A stretch of DNA of 56,575 nt, filler included, from Dugesia japonica (lineage: Eukaryota): NCBI GenBank assembly GCA_001938525.1. It is 5 parts of 5 records of this genome, joined end to end, with 100 filler letters (N's around TTAATTAATTAA, not from the genome) between each part and the next. Parts side by side here need not be neighbours in the genome. Positions count along the whole stretch, not along the records: positions 1 to 13,264 come from MQRL01608688.1; positions 13,365 to 25,840 come from MQRL01619463.1; 3 more parts are not named here. One strand, written 5' to 3'. Each line of letters begins with the position of its first letter. The first letter of the stretch is position 1. Under the pieces are notes generated by a model, which did not search any database, was not told the DNA's origin, and was given only the letters and a program-made list of their open reading frames with translations. Below are positions 1 to 13,641 of the stretch, one piece after another. Both the position numbers and the translations under genes were made by a program.

Positions 1-267
1 ATTTTACAACTCAAGTGTTAATTTTATGGAAACAAATAACAAAATAAATGATTCTGAGGAAACTACTTACAATATAATTTTTAAGTATTGTAATTACACG
101 TGTTGGGAGCTAAGGGGTGTTAGAACAATATACTCCTACAATTATAATTTTAAATTAAAGCGATTGCAAAAAATAAAGACAAAGAAAACTTAAAGGTAAG
201 AATTAATAAATTAAAAAACAATTTTTCTGAAAAAATAGTTGTTCATTCTAGTATTAAATTACATTTT

Positions 268-754
268 TTATAAAAGAAAAGAAAGCATACAAAAATCTAT
301 TGAAAACCCTAAATTATGAGCAATGCCATGTAAAAAGTCCAATTTGTTACGATTTCCAACGTCTTGTACAACATTGATGATTCGAGCCTTCAGATATGAA
401 TAAGTTTTTCTTCGAGGTTGAGGAGCGTGGCTAGCAAGATCTTGCGCCAAGTGGACTTGCTGAAGGGCTAGTTCACGTTTGATGCAGTCAAGGAAACTCA
501 AAAAATTAGGATGATTACAACCAACATTGAAATGGAAATTGAGTTGTTTGTTCTTGAAGTTAATTTTGTGATCGTTGATACATGTTCCAAAGGTCATTTT
601 CAAAGGCAGATGGACGAAGCCATAGTTGCTGTGGTCTGCCGATGCAAGTGTCTTCAAAATAATCGATGGCAGGTTGTGCTTCAGTTGGAAGTTCATCAGA
701 CAAGTTACTGATAACTTTCGCAAAAAATAATTTAACTTTGGAATTTAAATTCAT
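268..754 (-). mobile_element. MULE (Mutator-like) transposase C-terminal fragment, frameshifted
   Basis: Two overlapping ORFs give IDYFEDTCIGR...FENDLWNMY and FHFNVGCNHPNFLSFLDCIKRE...LDFLHGIAHNL, matching the typical C-terminus of invertebrate MULE transposases. Confidence 0.8.
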
Positions 755-3009
755 AAGTAATATTCTGTGATTATGAAAAAGTTGTCTTGAGAATTATTGA
801 AGTGGTTATTTTTAAAATAAACTGAAGTGAAGTTAATTATAAAAGGTAAGAAAAATTGATTATTGAAAATTTAGTGAGAAATTATTTTGGAGATCTTGAA
901 CAGTTTCATGAATACTTTGAGAAAATGTATATATTTACAAATTTATACTATGAAATTAAATGATAATAAAACAAAATTTGTTTCAGGAATGGATAAAAGC
1001 CCTTATAAAGACTTTAGTTTAAATGAACAAAATAATGAAAACTTAACTAAAATAATTATAGAATAATTATATTATGTTCACTAATAAAATAAACGAATAA
1101 TAATCAATTTTGAGGTAAATATAAGAGGAATATTGTCCTAAACTCAGCTAAGGGATAAGTATCTAAATAACAACTAGTCAATACAATATAGGGTTTTCAT
1201 TAATAATATTTAATTATAAAGGAAATCAAAATATTTAAAGTTATTTATGTGAGAACAAATCACGCCTATTATCTGTCAAAAGAATAAAAATTTGCAGCTT
1301 TCGAGTCGAAGTTCGATGAATATGTGGAATTTCTAATAACACGTTTAAATGTATCCTTCTTAATATTTCCAATCAACACAATGATTTCGAAAATCTTTAT
1401 AATTTCTATAAATTACTTAGGCATGAAATTTAGAGTGAAAGATCTTTATTTTGTTAGTTCTGTCCGAAAATAAAATTTGAAATTTTTGTGGATAATTGTC
1501 AGATTCATCAACATTTTAAAATTAATTTTGTTTAACAGTAAAAAGATGATAAAAAACTTCATAATTGTTATTTAATTTAAANNNNNNNNNNNNNNNNNNN
1601 NNNNNNNNNNNNNNNNNNNNNNNNNNNNNNNNNNNNNNNNNNNNNNNNTATCAGCTGGAAATCACATGATTCATCAATTCAAATAAAATGGCAAATTTTT
1701 TCCAAAATGAAGAAAATTAGGGAAATAGATTCAGTTATTTTCTTGTAAAATATTAAATTATGTTAGATTTCAATGACTTCGGCCAAAATTATGACTTGGA
1801 AACTCATATTGTGATTACATGACACAATATTACGATAAAACATCTCAACAGGAAACACGTATCTCATTTAGAAAGATTTAATTAAAAATGCATCAGGCCT
1901 GAGGTTTCATTTTTCACAATTAATATACAAATAAATATTTTCGTTTGCAAGAAGAACCGAAATATTTTTTAGAGTAAAAATATAGAAAAAAATTTAATTT
2001 TGCACAATTTCTTTAACAGAAAATTTTTGGTATAATGTAATTCAAGTAATCCATAATTTTCAGAAAATGTTAGTACTTGATTTTAACAGTATTAATTTTC
2101 TGATTTTTAATTTAGTTAAATTAATATTGATATGATAATTTAAGTCATTGGGCTCAGAATCCTCAATAATTTTATTTCTAAAGATTTTATAAGTCATTTT
2201 TAAGATATTAACTATAAGAATAATTCATAAATGATGCATATCTTGAAAATATTTTTATTTAATAATTTGGTATATATTATATAGTATTATATTAAAATTA
2301 ATTATTGAAATATTTTAAAATATTGTACAAAAATTATTTTTATTAAAAATATCTTTTAAATTTTTGAAATATTTATATTACCGATTTTTTAAAAATAGTA
2401 AAAATTAATTATAAAATTATTTGGAAAGAATAATAAAAATATATCATGTGTAATTTTCTTGGAAATCGATATTTTTAAATATTAAATTTAAAATTATCTG
2501 ATATGGATTATTTTAACATCATTGCAATTTTAATAAAACAATTGTGATAGTAAATAAAACATGGAAAATTGTAAAGTTCTCAATTTAACTAATATTAACA
2601 CAAATTATAATTTTAAGAAAAATAAAATTTGTAATTAAAATTCATTGTTCATTTTTGTTTTAAAAAGTTATACTAGAAAACTTTGCAATAAGTTATCTGA
2701 CAAATATAGGTATTTTTAATTAAAAGTTGCCAGGAATATCAGACATAATTATACTTTATAATTAAACCTAATATTGAGGAAAATCAAGAAGTACTAAAAT
2801 AATAAAATTACCATTTATTAATGATAATTTACAGCCAGATCATGAAAAATATTATATAGCAATCAATAATGAAGTATAATCTTAGAATAATATTCAAGAT
2901 ACAGGCACCGTTAAGAATACAATTATAAAAATAATTCTCTCATTTATGTAGAAAGAAATATTTTAAAAAAAATTTCATTAATGAAATAACATTTACTCTA
3001 TTCCAAAAT

Positions 3010-3065
3010 ACATATATATTGGTGAAACTTGTAAAATAGTTCAAACAGAGAGAAAATGAAGTTTT
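3010..3065 (+). mobile_element. possible Penelope-like GIY-YIG remnant
   Basis: tatattggtgaaacttgtaaa translates YIGETCK; surrounding sequence is too decayed to confirm. Confidence 0.3.
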
Positions 3066-4059
3066 ACATACACACAAAATCTCATCTGAACCACATCACA
3101 TGGGAGACTAAGTACAGAATATAATTCTTTACCTCATATAAATAATAAAAATAACTACCCTAAAGATAATTATTAAATTCTTTTAAATATATGTAATATT
3201 TTGATTTAACCTTTATTAACTAATTTTAATATAATTCTCATTATTAATTTTTAATTCATTTTATTTGTATTGTTTAATCAATTAATTTAATTAAATTTTT
3301 TCACCTGAGAAGATTGAAAGAACATTAAGAAATTTATAAAAGGGAAAAGTTTTTAATCCTCGCTTATAGGTTAAAAAATGCACGTATACGGATAAAATCA
3401 TATAAAGGAAACAGACTACATTAGTATAAATATAAAATATATGTTTATATATTTTAAACATTAATACCATTTTTAAGAGCGTTTGTCCTTGAAAATTTAA
3501 AAAAACATTAATCACCTATTAATAGAAAAAATTAAGAATAATAACTGAATTAATTACAAAATGTTCTTGAATTTATTTGATCAAATAGTAAAGAAACCAA
3601 TTGAAAAATAATTCAATTTATATATTCTGGTTCTAAGGTAGTTCTAAAATTTTGATTTTAGAAAGTAAAATACGAATAACATCAAAATTTATTTATATAA
3701 AAATTATCCATTAAAATAAATTCAGAATTGATTAACTTAAATGTCATAAACAGAAAAAATAAAGATTCATTAATGACAAAAAGGAGAAAAATTGTTTATT
3801 TCAGAAGCTAAAATAGATTTTATGACATAATGAATAATTGCTAAAAATTAATTAAAAATAAAAAAAATCTATAGACAGATTTATGAATTAATAAAGAATT
3901 TTAGTTAATGATTGATTTTAGAAAGAAAGTTGAGGTTATAAAAAAATGATAATATACATAAAAAGAAGACCACTATTTTGAAATTTATTGAATTAAAGAA
4001 AATTCTCCAAGAAATGCTTTCAACACTCCAACAGTTTAATTCAGAAAAATGGTCGGCTA

Positions 4060-4536
4060 TCTTTTTTAGTAATCGAGCATACTTCTGAAATATAAAGTTT
4101 CCGTGGGCACATAAAACACAAAAAACCCTGGAAAACTACCAATTCGAACTACACGGGAACATAGGCTACGTCGTATGACCAGCGTATTTTTATTCCTTAA
4201 CCATTCTACATAAATTGTACAATTTTTAAAATAGAGAAATTAAAATAATATTCAATAATCTCGTTTTAAACAACAACTATTTTTTATTAAAAAAAAATAT
4301 TTAACAAGCGAAGATCAAAATTTCTGTTCTTTTATTTGTTTTTAAAAATAATTTTTTAAATTTTAAAACAATTTAAAAATAGATTTATAAAATCATATTG
4401 CCCAATTTTTACGACTTTACTAAAATTTTCATTACATCTATGAATATTTACTAGTTTGTAGATATTTGAATTCGGGCATTTTAAAGTTGTCTCACGGACA
4501 CCTTGGTGCCCGCGCGCACCACGCTACCAGCCCCTG
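4060..4536. mobile_element. non-autonomous hAT-like element fragment
   Basis: GC-rich end ...ggtgcccgcgcgcaccacgctaccagcccctg resembles a CAGGGG-type hAT terminus; the left boundary is uncertain. Confidence 0.35.
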
Positions 4537-5337
4537 ATTTAGAAGATAAGGTTATTCGTGAAAGTAAATTAAGAATTATAAAATGAATTTTTGCTTATTA
4601 AAAAAAATTGTCTAGTGTTTAGAATAACCAAATTAGTGATATTTCAATAAAATAATAAAATGATATAACTAAAACAAATTAAATTATATCCATCATCAAT
4701 AATAAATAAGTCTAAGAGATTTTATTAAACTTTACATCGATTAAATGCATTAAAATGAAATGTTACAAATATTTTACTATGAAAAGAATCTTTATCAATA
4801 ATCAACGGATTGTTTATTAAATTTTATTGTTTAAATTATAATCAATAGAAATCTGTTAATCAAATGGTTGTTTCGAAATATTTATTTAGAAGAGGTGTGA
4901 TTTTGTCTAATTATATTTAATCAATGATTTCAAATAAATACACTAAAATTAATAATCTAAATCAGTGATGGCGAATCTTTTAGAGAAGTGGGTCAAATTT
5001 TGCTAATTATTTTTTTAATACTAGCCAAGGACGTTACTTGGAGGGGTAAAGGGTTTGATAAAAAAAGGTACCTATACTTTGAAACACCAAAAATTTGTTA
5101 ACAAAAAATTTAACAATTGACTATTTTTTGTTTATCACTTTTAAAATCCTCTAAAATGGTTTGTTTACTTTTTGTTTTACAACTTTTACTTTTGCAAATG
5201 AAGATCAAAAAATAAAGATGAAAAATATTATCAAATTTATACCATGAATTACCACAAAAGTGACTTCATACCCAGTGGCGCCTCAGCACTATATAGAGAA
5301 AAAATAGAGAAAAGAACATACTTATTAGGATATATTC

Positions 5338-7330
5338 TTAATTAATAAACATGGTTACAGAGGTATGTATGATAGAGTTGGTAAAAGTATATTTAATGTG
5401 AAATCCGTAACTGTTTTTATTTTTAAGTAAATTCGATTGTATAACTAATTCAATATTCCATTCGCCAATGATTTTTTGAAACAAACTCTTTGTCATCCAC
5501 GCATTTTCACTGTTTAAATATTGAATACTCATTGCATTTTGATTTATCTTTTTTATTCCCCTAGGAAATTTGCTTTTCTAATAAAATATGGACTTCTTTT
5601 CACACTTGAAGAACTAACAAAAAATAAAATTGTTAATCGTTCTTTTGACCTTTTAACTCCTTTTAATTTATTATTCTTCGTTGCTACAGATTTATCAGGT
5701 AACGTTCTCCTCAGTAATCCTGTTTCATCGTATTAGCGTTTCAAAATTACCTAAATTACAACTACCCGGATATTCGAGTAGTGAATTTTCAAATTATCCG
5801 GGTAATTTTAAAAATACATAAATTCGTAAAAACTATATCTTCGCATTGCTATATCTGTTTACTCTTCTACTGTAATTGCAAATTTTGAATCATTTTGAAT
5901 TTTTTTTAATCAATGCTATAGTTTCAACTTTTTTTCATAGAAAAATTTTGTAACACAATTTTGGATAGTAGTTAGACGTTGACATTTTGTAATTTCGATT
6001 AGTGACAAAACCTCGAATAGCTTCACATTTTACAATAGTATTAAATGAAATTCTATCTTTTGCAGCACATGTTGCAATTATTTCTTCCAATGATTGCCTA
6101 TGTAAAAAATACAATATTTCTAAATTAGTATTTCGCTCATTTGATTGTACATGAGTACGTTTATTTGGTGGTGCTCCACTAATTTCCTTAGAACTGCCGC
6201 ATTTCGATGATTCAATGTTAATATCATGGATTTTCAAGTGGTTTTCATGGCAGTCATATTTTCTCCTTTAATTGAAATTTTCCTTGCGCATCCATCTACT
6301 TGGCACTCTCGATTATTTTGAAATTTTATGGGCTAAAAAACCACAAGTTAAATATACAAAATTATTGCATAAAATATTTATTTAATGTTTACTTATAAAT
6401 GTGCTATTTATGTTTCTCAATTTAACCACTTTAAATATTTTGATAAATAAAAACAAAAATATTGAACATCTAAAATTACCTTGATAAATGTTTTACTTGT
6501 TTCACTTTTTAAATTTAACTTTGCACAAAAAATTGAAATGACATAAAAAAATTAAATTTTGAATAGTTAACATAGCAACCATCCACAATCAAAGTTTACT
6601 TGGATATGATTAGTGGAAAGAAACTTATTTACTATAAATTCATATTCAAACCAATTGGGATAGCTAAAAGGACCATCTGTAAGCGAATAGTATTCTGAGT
6701 GATAGAAATGATGAACAATTTAAAATGAGAAATTTGAAGTGAAATTATTTGAACATCAAAAATTTGTTATCAGGATACCCGATCCAATTACCTGGGTAAT
6801 AAAATACTCGAAAAAAACACAAATTATCGGGTACCCGGTTGGAAACACTAATTTGTATTGTAAATATATTCTGGTAAGTAATCTTTAATTATATTTTTGA
6901 CATTTTCAACATAAATATTTCCGGATTCAATATGCCCTGAAGATGATTCTCCGTGTAATTTTTTAATGACTAAATTATGTTTCTTTTTTAATTTATCAAG
7001 CCATCCTGGGGAAGCTTTAAAATCATTTACTCCATTTTTTTCAGCAAAAGAACTTGCCTCTTGTTTTATTAATGGACCATTAATACAAAAACCGTGATCA
7101 TTGCACTCTTTAATAAAATCAATTATGTATTTATTTAAATGGTGTATTTATCTTTAGACTATCTTTTCATGTTTCCATCTAGGTTATTATTAGCTTCAAA
7201 AATGTTTTCCTTATTCTTGACCATATATTATACAGAAGACTTTAATATTACATATTTCGACGCTGTCTTCGCATCATCTGTTAATTCATATTCACTTACA
7301 ATTTCTTTCTTCGGGCTTATTATAAGAAAA
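5338..7330 (-). mobile_element. pogo/Tigger-like transposase relic, interrupted by a hAT insertion
   Basis: Minus strand gives FKASPGWLDKLKKKHNL...LHGES (CENP-B-type HTH end, ~6950-7020), IYN|DETGL...KRSKERLTILF (5600-5733 and 6851-6870) and NAWMTKSLF (~5480-5510). Confidence 0.8.
5734..6850 (-). mobile_element. internally deleted hAT element
   Basis: Imperfect TIRs tagcgtttcaaa / ttggaaacacta, subterminal tacccgg-like repeats, degenerate 8-bp TSD; internal ORF 5935-6237 has SLEEIIATCAAKDRISF, like hAT transposase N-terminal regions. Confidence 0.65.
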
Positions 7331-8344
7331 GTTTTCTTTATTGATAATTTTTAATAAGGGAGATTAAAAGATTACCTAAATGTAGAAACTTTAAAAATCA
7401 TTAATAATAAAATTGATTAAAAATATAAATTAACATTTAAACATAACAAATTAATTTTATAAGGATATGCTTTTACATCGAACAATTTATTAAATATATT
7501 TGTTCAAAAAAATGAATTAATGGCCAAAGTCTCCAGCCTTTTCATATCATCTACTTTATATAGAAATTTTGTATTGAAAAAATTGCCTTAATCGGGAAAA
7601 GTCCAAATAAGACAGATTTTACTGTATATATTCTTTAAAAATAACTTGATACAGGGTCAATTTGTTACTAAACGATTTCGTAAATATTATTTTGAACTTG
7701 AACTGATATTACAAAACTATCAATACCGATCACTTAAAAAATATTTATTAACATCAATAATAAATAAAATTAATTATTAAAAATATTATTAAAAATTTAT
7801 TTTTGTCTAAAATACTTACTTGACTATATACAATTTTATTCATTGAAAAAATAGTGAAATTTCTATTTTTAAACAAAAATTATATTNGAATTTGTAGGCG
7901 TTTCTCTGCATTAATTTGTATTAAAATAATGTTTATTATAAATGGAAAATACGTGAATATTTCCAAAAAAATTGACATAACATAACTAAATATAGTAATT
8001 GTATTTTTTTACAATAAAATTTTACAATAACTTAATTAATACTTAGTTTTATAATAATCAAAAATACTCAAATTAAACGGAGTTTAAATTTTATTATATA
8101 AATTCTATTGTGGAATGATATTTTTGGTTAATAATTTGAACTTATTAATTTCATAGTTTTCAAAGATATTTTTATATTGTACTAGAATTGTACTAGAATA
8201 TCCATTCTACCTTTCTTTGAATACATACATTATTTTGAATATGATATTTATATACAAGTGTTTTAGTGTATTTAGAACATCAGATTCCATATTGATTAGA
8301 ATCGATTACTTATAAGTTTAAATTATTAATTAATTTACGAAAAA

Positions 8345-8830
8345 TTAATTGCCTAATACAGGAATCTACAACAGCTTTGATTTCGGTCACAACTCGAAAA
8401 AAGATATGCTTTATTTTTAAAGAAAAACCATTACACATATACCAAAAATAAATGGCCGTAGACCATATGTTGGAGANNNNNNNNNNNNNNNNNNNNNNNN
8501 NNNNNNNNNNNNNNNNNNNNNNNNNNTTGATAAAAATATTAATTAACAATTGTGTAATATTATATATAATTAAATATATATAATTAAAAACGGGGAAATT
8601 AAAACAGGAATTAATACACGAATCTACAACAGCTTTGATTTCGGTCACAACTCGAAATATGATATGCTTTATTTTTAAAGAAAAACCATTACACATATAC
8701 CAAAAATAAATGGCCGTAGACCATATGTTGGAGACATCTGGTTTAATATAATTATTTGATAAAAATATTAATTAACAATTGTGTAATATTATATATAATT
8801 AAATATATATAATTAAAAACGGGGAAATTT
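8345..8830. repeat. near-identical local direct duplication across an N gap
   Basis: gaatctacaacagctttgatttcggtc...gaccatatgttggaga occurs at ~8362-8476 and ~8620-8734; 8527-8600 recurs at ~8756-8830. Confidence 0.8.
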
Positions 8831-9485
8831 TCAAAAGTCAAAGTTAATTTTTAATTTAATAAATAAACAATATTTATAAATATTTATTTAGTAATCATTA
8901 AATTGCTTTTTTATATTTTTTATTGCTTTCATAAATAACTAAAAAGTTATTAGTCGTGTGCTTGTAAAAACTAAAAGAAATTTCCTGATAGCCTAATACA
9001 TGTTTCAAATTTTTATTGAGTTTAATGTAAAAAGGCGAAAATAATTAAATACATAAGTCCATATTGTTTTTATTTTCAAAATATTTTACTGCGCAAAATA
9101 CAATAAAAATCAATAGTTGACAATATCGATACTGTTGACAAAATAATAACATTTTCATTAAGAAATCTACATTAAATCTATTTTTAGAAACGAAAGTACT
9201 ACAATATGCTACTTATAAATGTGTCATTATTTATTAAAATTATATCAAATAAAATCTAATTATAGAATCTTATTACGAAAAATAATAATTTTGAACATTA
9301 ACTGTTTTAATAAAATATTCAATGACTAGAAATTGCCCTCTCTTTGCTCTGCTTGATCTCTATTTTCTTAAAAATCTTAGATAAAAGTGTAGAATGTTTT
9401 GATGATGAAATAATATTCAATTAAAAAAAACATTAAATTAAACATATAAAACAATAAAACTTTTATTAAAAAATCTCATGAAATA

Positions 9486-11853
9486 TCACATTTTTAGTAA
9501 ACATTCTACTATCACCTTCCAAAATTGACCATGAGAAAACACTGGTTCATTTAGAATTAAACCCACATGATCAAAAGTTTGTCCTNNNNNNNNNNNNNNN
9601 NNNNNNNNNNNNNNNNNNNNNNNNNNNNNNNNNNNNNNNNNNNNNNNNNNNNNNNNNNNNNNNNNNNNNNNNNNNNNNNNNNNNNNNNNNNNNNNNNNNN
9701 NNTCATTTTTGTGGGATTCATTGATAATTTTTGCACAAATTAAATGTTTATGACATGAAATAACTATCAAGCGTGTTCCATTACATAATCCTATTTTCGG
9801 ATTTAAATTTCTAATTAACATAACAATCATTCCAACTTTGATATTAAGAATATGAGGAGGCATTCCTGATGGTGTAAGATTGTTGAGTAATTCAACAGTG
9901 ATATCTTTGGCAATTTGATCGTTTTCGTGATCTTCTGTGATTATTGAATCATTGCTAAGATATGTGAATTTTCTTCCATGTATTCGATCTATTATGTCAT
10001 TGTTTAAAGATAGAGCATCAATATTTGTTGAAAGCAATATTACTCTTTTTGATAGATNNNNNNNNNNNNNNNNNNNNNNNNNNNNNNNNNNNNNNNNNNN
10101 NNNNNNNNNNNNNNNNNNNNNNNNNNNNNNNNNNNNNNNNNNNNNNNNNNNNNNNNNNNNNNNNNNNNNNNNNNNNNNNNNNNNNNNNNNNNNNNNNNNN
10201 NNNNNNNNNNNNNNNNNNNNNNNNNNNNNNNNNNNNNNNNNNNNNNNNNNNNNNNNNAATTTTTTGAAATATTTCCACAAAGATGACGATTTAATGCAAG
10301 TTTCTACGATTTAAATTCATGAAGCTCTTGGCACAACTAGTAGACATTGTCGAAAATCTCCTCCAATTAAAATTACTTTGTTTCCGAATGGTTTGTCACG
10401 TTTAGAAGGATCATATTTGAAAGCATCTCGAAGAAAAAGATCTATGCATCTTAGACCATGCTTTGGTAACATTGTAACTTCATCTATGATTATCAATTTT
10501 GAATCAAGAATGTCTCATGCATTAATAGAGGAAGGTTTCAAATTTGTAGCCAATGGAAAAACTATACCACGATTTCCTCTGATGTAACTCATTATAACAC
10601 CATAAAGATATGTTTTTCCTGAGCCTCCGGGACCATCAAGATAAAAACATATGTTTGGATAATTGTCATCATAAACCGAACGTATTATTTCTTCAAAAAG
10701 GATGAAGAGTAGATGTAACATGATAAATTTGTCCTTGCACTCGGAAAACATATGGGCCATATCCTGGAGTGGGAGAAACCTTGGCTCCCATGGAAGCAAA
10801 TGATAATGAACTGTTATACGATCGAATGCAATCACGAAAATTTTTATAGTGCTCATTATCAGGATTNNNNNNNNNNNNNNNNNNNNNNNNNNNNNNNNNN
10901 NNNNNNNNNNNNNNNNNNNNNNNNNNNNNNNNNNNNNNNNNNNNNNNNNNNNNNNNNNNNNNNNNNNNNNNNNNNNNNNNNNNNNNNNNNNNNNNNNNNN
11001 NNNNNNNNNNNNNNNNNNNNNNNNNNNNNNNNNNNNNNNNNNNNNNNNNNNCTTCGACGTCATCAGAGTCTAATTGCAGAACATCATTGACAGCGCCCAA
11101 ACTTCTGCTTCTAGATTCTCTAATACACTCAGCTGCTTGAATTCTTCTCATTCGTGATTGTTCTGTATTTTCTAATCTTCGAGATTCTATAAGTGACAAT
11201 GAATCTTTAAAANNNNNNNNNNNNNNNNNNNNNNNNNNNNNNNNNNNNNNNNNNNNNNNNNNCCTCCGGGACCATCAAGATAAAAACATGTTTGGATAAT
11301 TGTCATCATAAACCGAACGTATTATTTCTTCAAAAAGGATGAAGAGTAGATGTAACATGTTAAATTTGTCCTTGCACTCGGAAAAAATATGTGCCATATT
11401 CTGGAGTTGGAGAAACCTTGGCTCCCATGGAAGCAAATGATAATGAACTGTTATACGATCGAATGCAATCACGAAAATTTTTATAGTGCTCATTATCAGG
11501 ATTNGAGAGCATTTCACGAAGAAACTGAGGATATTCTAAACGATTTCCATTTACATCCAGAATTGATTCGAGGCGAACTTTTCCAAAGTGACAACAATTT
11601 TTGAAACATCTATTCGACGATCGTTCAGATTCGAAATTATTTGAAGTACAAAATTGACAAATTGAATTCATTACTCCACAATAATGAGCTTCGACGTCAT
11701 CAGAGTCTAATTGCAGAACATCATTGACAGCGCCTAAACTTCTGCTTCTGCTTCTAGATTCTCTAATACACTCAGCTGCTGGAATTCTTCTCATTCGTGA
11801 TTGTTCTGTATTTTCTAATCTTCGAGATTCTATAAGTGACAATGAATCTTTAA
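9486..11853 (-). mobile_element. Helitron RepHel relic: N-terminal Cys-rich region fused directly to the PIF1-like helicase
   Basis: HYCGVMNSICQFC...CCHFGKV and IRSYNSSLSFASMG...FRVQGQIYH (Helitron N-terminus); LDGPGGSGKT (Walker A), IIDEVTM, GGDFRQ, PSGMPPHILNIKVGMIVMLIRNLN...LCNGTRL, GQTFDHVG...VFSHGQ (PIF1 motifs). Stops and gaps present. Confidence 0.92.
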
Positions 11854-12540
11854 AAAGTTAAACTTTATTATTCAATAATTTTAATTTATCCTTAAACGAA
11901 CATTTGTTTATTTAAATGTTTCATCAATAATTTTAATCTGTTTTAAACAAAAGATTTTAAAAATAAGATCATCAATCACACAAAAATTTCAACTTGCTTT
12001 TCAAAACTGCTCACATACACCATGTATATATACAATAATTAATTATATAAAAACAATTTTCAAATTTAAGATCAAATATTATATACAGAAATGAAAAAGA
12101 AATCTCATTAAATGAATACTGTCACTTCTATTTTGAAACTATCAACAAATTACATTAAAAAAATCACAACTCACAAACCACTAGGAATAAAAAATCTGAC
12201 ATTAATTCTATATTCCTGGATCACATATAAGAACACACGGGTTTAGAGTTAATAATTAGTTTATATTTGTAATAGCATAATCGACTAAATTTTCAATCCA
12301 TTTCATTGGTCTAAAAAGCTAAACTGATTCACTAATTCATAATTGACAATTTCATGTTTCTACCGTTGCGATTAAAAGTTTAACAGATTAAAAATCCGGT
12401 ATATTTAAAAAATACTTTACTTAATTTGATTACCTTTTATTAGTAATAAAAAATAATTTAATTATTCATTAAATTAGGAATAATAATTTGACTTTTGAAA
12501 GAATTTTAAGAACAATGATTATTATTATTATATTATTTAA

Positions 12541-13100
12541 AAGCGTTGTTTGTCTGTCATAAGACATCACGTTTTTGACATTTTTTGGCGAAACTAAGCA
12601 AGATATTTAGATATTAGTGTCACACATGAAATGCACTATAATTTTATCTCAATAAATTTTTCGTTTTCGATATATAGCCTTTCAAAGGGTACTTTTTCGA
12701 CTTTCTCGATTTAAAAGTCTGACAAATTGGAGAAAAATTTAGCCAATTCAATTATCTACACAGTGATTTATAATTTGATGAAATGAAATCGGATGAGTCG
12801 TTCAGGAGATATAGAATGACATGCGGTAAATTTTTCATTTTTTCAGACATTCAATTTTTCAAAAACAGGTTTTTTAGTAACAGAACTAATGAAATACGAT
12901 AGATAAATTAAACATCACACTAAGAAACCTATAATGTTTAAAACCTATTATTTTTAACTGAAAATTTACAATTAATTGTTTTAATTAATATAGATTTTCG
13001 AAATTCGTTAAAATTATGAATTATTTTTTTTGTTGATAAACAATGAAAAGTGATACATGTAAAATTTGAATATTTGTCAATTTGTGTCAAAACAACGCTT
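12541..13100. mobile_element. non-autonomous DNA transposon, Kolobok-like
   Basis: Inverted termini aagcgttgtttg / caaaacaacgctt with TTAA on the left flank; superfamily assignment is inference. Confidence 0.45.
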
Positions 13101-13264
13101 CGAATCTACTGTNATATTTGGTAAGAAGGATTAAAATTTCGCCATTAAAAGGTCTCTAATTTTGAATTTACTTTCAGATGACAAATAACATCTGTAGAGC
13201 ATAATTTAAGTTGTTTTTTTGTTATTTATAAAGGTAAAAATATTCAATTTTGTTGTGAATTTGA

Positions 13265-13364
13265 NNNNNNNNNNNNNNNNNNNNNNNNNNNNNNNNNNNN
13301 NNNNNNNNTTAATTAATTAANNNNNNNNNNNNNNNNNNNNNNNNNNNNNNNNNNNNNNNNNNNN
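13265..13364. other. artificial assembly spacer (44N-TTAATTAATTAA-44N)
   Basis: Identical 100-bp spacer occurs four times; TTAATTAATTAA has stops in all six frames. Confidence 0.93.
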
Positions 13365-13397
13365 TCCTGACGAAGACAAGGTGGAAATATCGAATTG
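13365..13397 (+). ncRNA. degenerate minimal hammerhead ribozyme motif (Penelope pLTR type)
   Basis: tc-CTGACGA-a-gac aag gtg-GAAA-tat-C-gaattg; one stem II mismatch relative to the 51741 copy; truncated by the spacer. Confidence 0.5.
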
Positions 13398-13641
13398 TTA
13401 TCCAATATCAATAATTTTGATCTAAGCTTTTATATTAAATGAATTAATAATTATGATAATAATAATGATAATAATAATGATAATAATAATGATAATAATA
13501 ATGATAATAATAACTAAAATAAACTTCTTTTAAATATTTTTATATTTGATTCATTTTTTTAAAATTGGTTTTTGAGTGAAATCAAACCAAATTTAAAAAT
13601 AAATAAAATTATTTTTGTGTTTACTTTTGCTATTATTTTAG

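Noticed and set aside
9486-10690. Cellular PIF1 helicase gene
   Set aside because: Intronless, stop-interrupted and fused to a Helitron N-terminal region.
13309-13320. TTAATTAATTAA as a biological motif or TSD
   Set aside because: Always centred in exactly 44+44 Ns; it is a synthetic six-frame stop linker.
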